Positions 5,016 through 5,874 of a stretch of DNA of 5,874 nucleotides are shown one piece after another. Position numbers and translations under genes: made by a program. The notes below the pieces were generated by a model. It was not told where the DNA came from. It saw nothing but the letters and a program-made list of their open reading frames with translations, and did no database searches. Origin of the DNA: an uncultured archaeon (GTDB taxonomy: Archaea > Iainarchaeota > Iainarchaeia > Iainarchaeales > CSSED10-239); the NCBI GenBank assembly GCA_964591795.1, contig CAZQEL010000031.1:1-5874 (forward strand), written 5' to 3'. Numbering within the stretch: the stretch's first letter is position 1; the number at the start of each line of letters is the position of its first letter.

Positions 5016-5042
5016 GCAGGAATAAAAATTTTCTGCTTTTTT
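5016..5042 (+). terminator. Intrinsic (Rho-independent) terminator after the 69-aa ORF.
   Basis: GCAGGAA (5016-5022) pairs with TTTCTGC (5030-5036): 7 bp including one G-U, with a 7-nt loop. A T6 run follows immediately (5037-5042). Confidence 0.7.
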
Positions 5043-5083
5043 ATTGGCTTAAATATATAAGCTTAAATTGGTTTGTTTTATTA

Positions 5084-5497
5084 ATGGGTAATATAAAAGT
5101 AGCATCAATCATTTCAGATTTTTCTAAAAATATAAATTGGAAAAATCTTCCACAAGTAAATATTTTGGAGAAAAGGAATAAAAAAATTATTAAATTGAAA
5201 AGAGAAATAGAAAGATTTAATGAAAAAGAAGAATATGAGAAACTTTCGCTAAAACTCATAAATTTTTTAAAAGAAGTTCTAGTTACTGCTAATAAAAATT
5301 ATTCAAAACAAAAAGAATTATTTGATGAATTGTATTGGTTTCGTTATTCATTTGTAGATAAAGAAGAAGATTCACTTCTTTTGGATGAAATTTCAAATAT
5401 ATTTTTTGAATTTCAATCAGATCCAAATTACGATGAATTAATTAAAAAAATTGATTTTGCTAGGAAAAAAATTAGTTTAATTATTTCTAAAACATAA
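5084..5497 (+). CDS. Hypothetical protein (137 aa), predicted mostly helical and highly charged.
   Basis: ORF with a TAA stop and K/E/I/L-rich heptad-like stretches (KIIKLKREIERFNEKEEYEKLSLKLINFLKEVL). It has no signal peptide and no recognisable motif. It starts 42 nt after the upstream terminator. There is no clear RBS, so the start codon is uncertain. Confidence 0.5.
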   Translation: MGNIKVASIISDFSKNINWKNLPQVNILEKRNKKIIKLKREIERFNEKEEYEKLSLKLINFLKEVLVTANKNYSKQKELFDELYWFRYSFVDKEEDSLLLDEISNIFFEFQSDPNYDELIKKIDFARKKISLIISKT

Positions 5498-5557
5498 ATC
5501 TTTTTTTTTAATTTTTAATTTCTCAAATTATTTTTAAAAAAATAGGTTCAAACAAAA

Positions 5558-5634
5558 GGGTTAAGTTCTTTTCAATTTTTTAGCTTGTGAGAGGGATTGT
5601 GCGAAAATTTGAATGTGTTTGTGTGTTGGCAAGC
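5558..5634 (+). repeat. Intergenic G/T-rich repeat, copy C4 (mosaic: C2-type 5' half, C3-type 3' half).
   Basis: The sequence is gggttaagttcttttcaattttttagcttgtgagagggattgtgcgaaaatttgaatgtgtttgtgtgttggcaagc. It shares an exact 22-mer with C2 and an exact 23-mer with C3. The hairpin arms are 5571-5580 / 5603-5613, with a 1-nt bulge and a terminal T-G pair. Confidence 0.8.
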
Positions 5635-5765
5635 TTGCATGAATGTTTCTTTTTTTAAAATAGGGCATAACTCTGCAAATAAAAAATCGTTTTAATGTTT
5701 TTTATTTGTTGTTAAAATTTTAGATTAATCCCTAATTTTATAAACCCCTTCCTATTTCTTTAAAT

Positions 5766-5874
5766 ATGATATTAACAAAAGACGAACTAGAAGAAATTCT
5801 TGAAGAACTTAAGAAACATAAAGGAAGAGCAACTGAATTAATTAGTGTTTATATTCCTGCGGGTTATGATGTGA
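5766..5874 (+). CDS. aRF1/eRF1-family (archaeo-eukaryotic release factor-like) protein. N-terminal 36 aa only; it continues beyond the window.
   Basis: Hand translation from ATG 5766 gives [36 protein letters not shown], open to the window edge. An amphipathic helix followed by [15 protein letters not shown] matches the conserved start of aRF1/eRF1 domain N (compare human eRF1 ...LEAARGNGTSMISLIIPP, and archaeal aRF1 ...GRGTELISLYIPP from memory). Only 36 residues are visible, so divergent bacterial eRF1-like (baeRF) families cannot be excluded. Confidence 0.6.
   Translation, partial: MILTKDELEEILEELKKHKGRATELISVYIPAGYDV

Noticed and set aside
5041-5259. 72-aa minus-strand ORF antisense to the 137-aa ORF.
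   Set aside because: It overlaps the better-supported plus-strand ORF. It is an S/F/L-rich low-complexity peptide with no start context, and it would read into the terminator of the neighbouring gene.
5498-5511. T9 run right after the stop of the 137-aa ORF as an intrinsic terminator.
   Set aside because: No convincing upstream stem could be found, only 4-bp GTTT/AAAC pairings. T-runs are frequent in this AT-rich DNA.

Overview
The window is very AT-rich and only about 71% coding by the calls below (4191 of 5874 nt). Intergenic gaps are unusually long: 210, 624, 454 and 268 nt. I call seven CDSs. Four encode exported or envelope-type proteins with a Bacteroidota flavour: a partial porin-family OM beta-barrel, a PKD-domain lipoprotein with an acidic post-Cys patch, a secreted protein with a divergent OmpA-like C-terminus, and a secreted transglutaminase-like plus TPR protein. 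The right third carries a same-strand run of three genes. These are a 69-aa ORF with its own near-consensus promoter, strong GGAGG RBS and intrinsic terminator, a 137-aa helical ORF of unknown function, and the first 36 codons of a gene whose N-terminus looks like archaeal/eukaryotic release factor aRF1/eRF1. Two things stand out. (1) A previously unannotated family of roughly 80-90-nt G/T-rich intergenic repeats has four full copies plus one partial copy. All are in the same orientation, all lie upstream of plus-strand genes, and they share exact 22-23-nt blocks and a conserved hairpin whose arms change in a compensatory way between copies. (2) The aRF1-like gene sits in an otherwise bacterial-looking neighbourhood, directly downstream of one repeat copy. 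The two minus-strand envelope genes also share a modular upstream region, and one of them carries a 71-nt insertion bounded by inverted repeats. I recognised no rRNA, tRNA, CRISPR array, transposase or integrase. All family assignments are from motif recognition by eye, not from searches.
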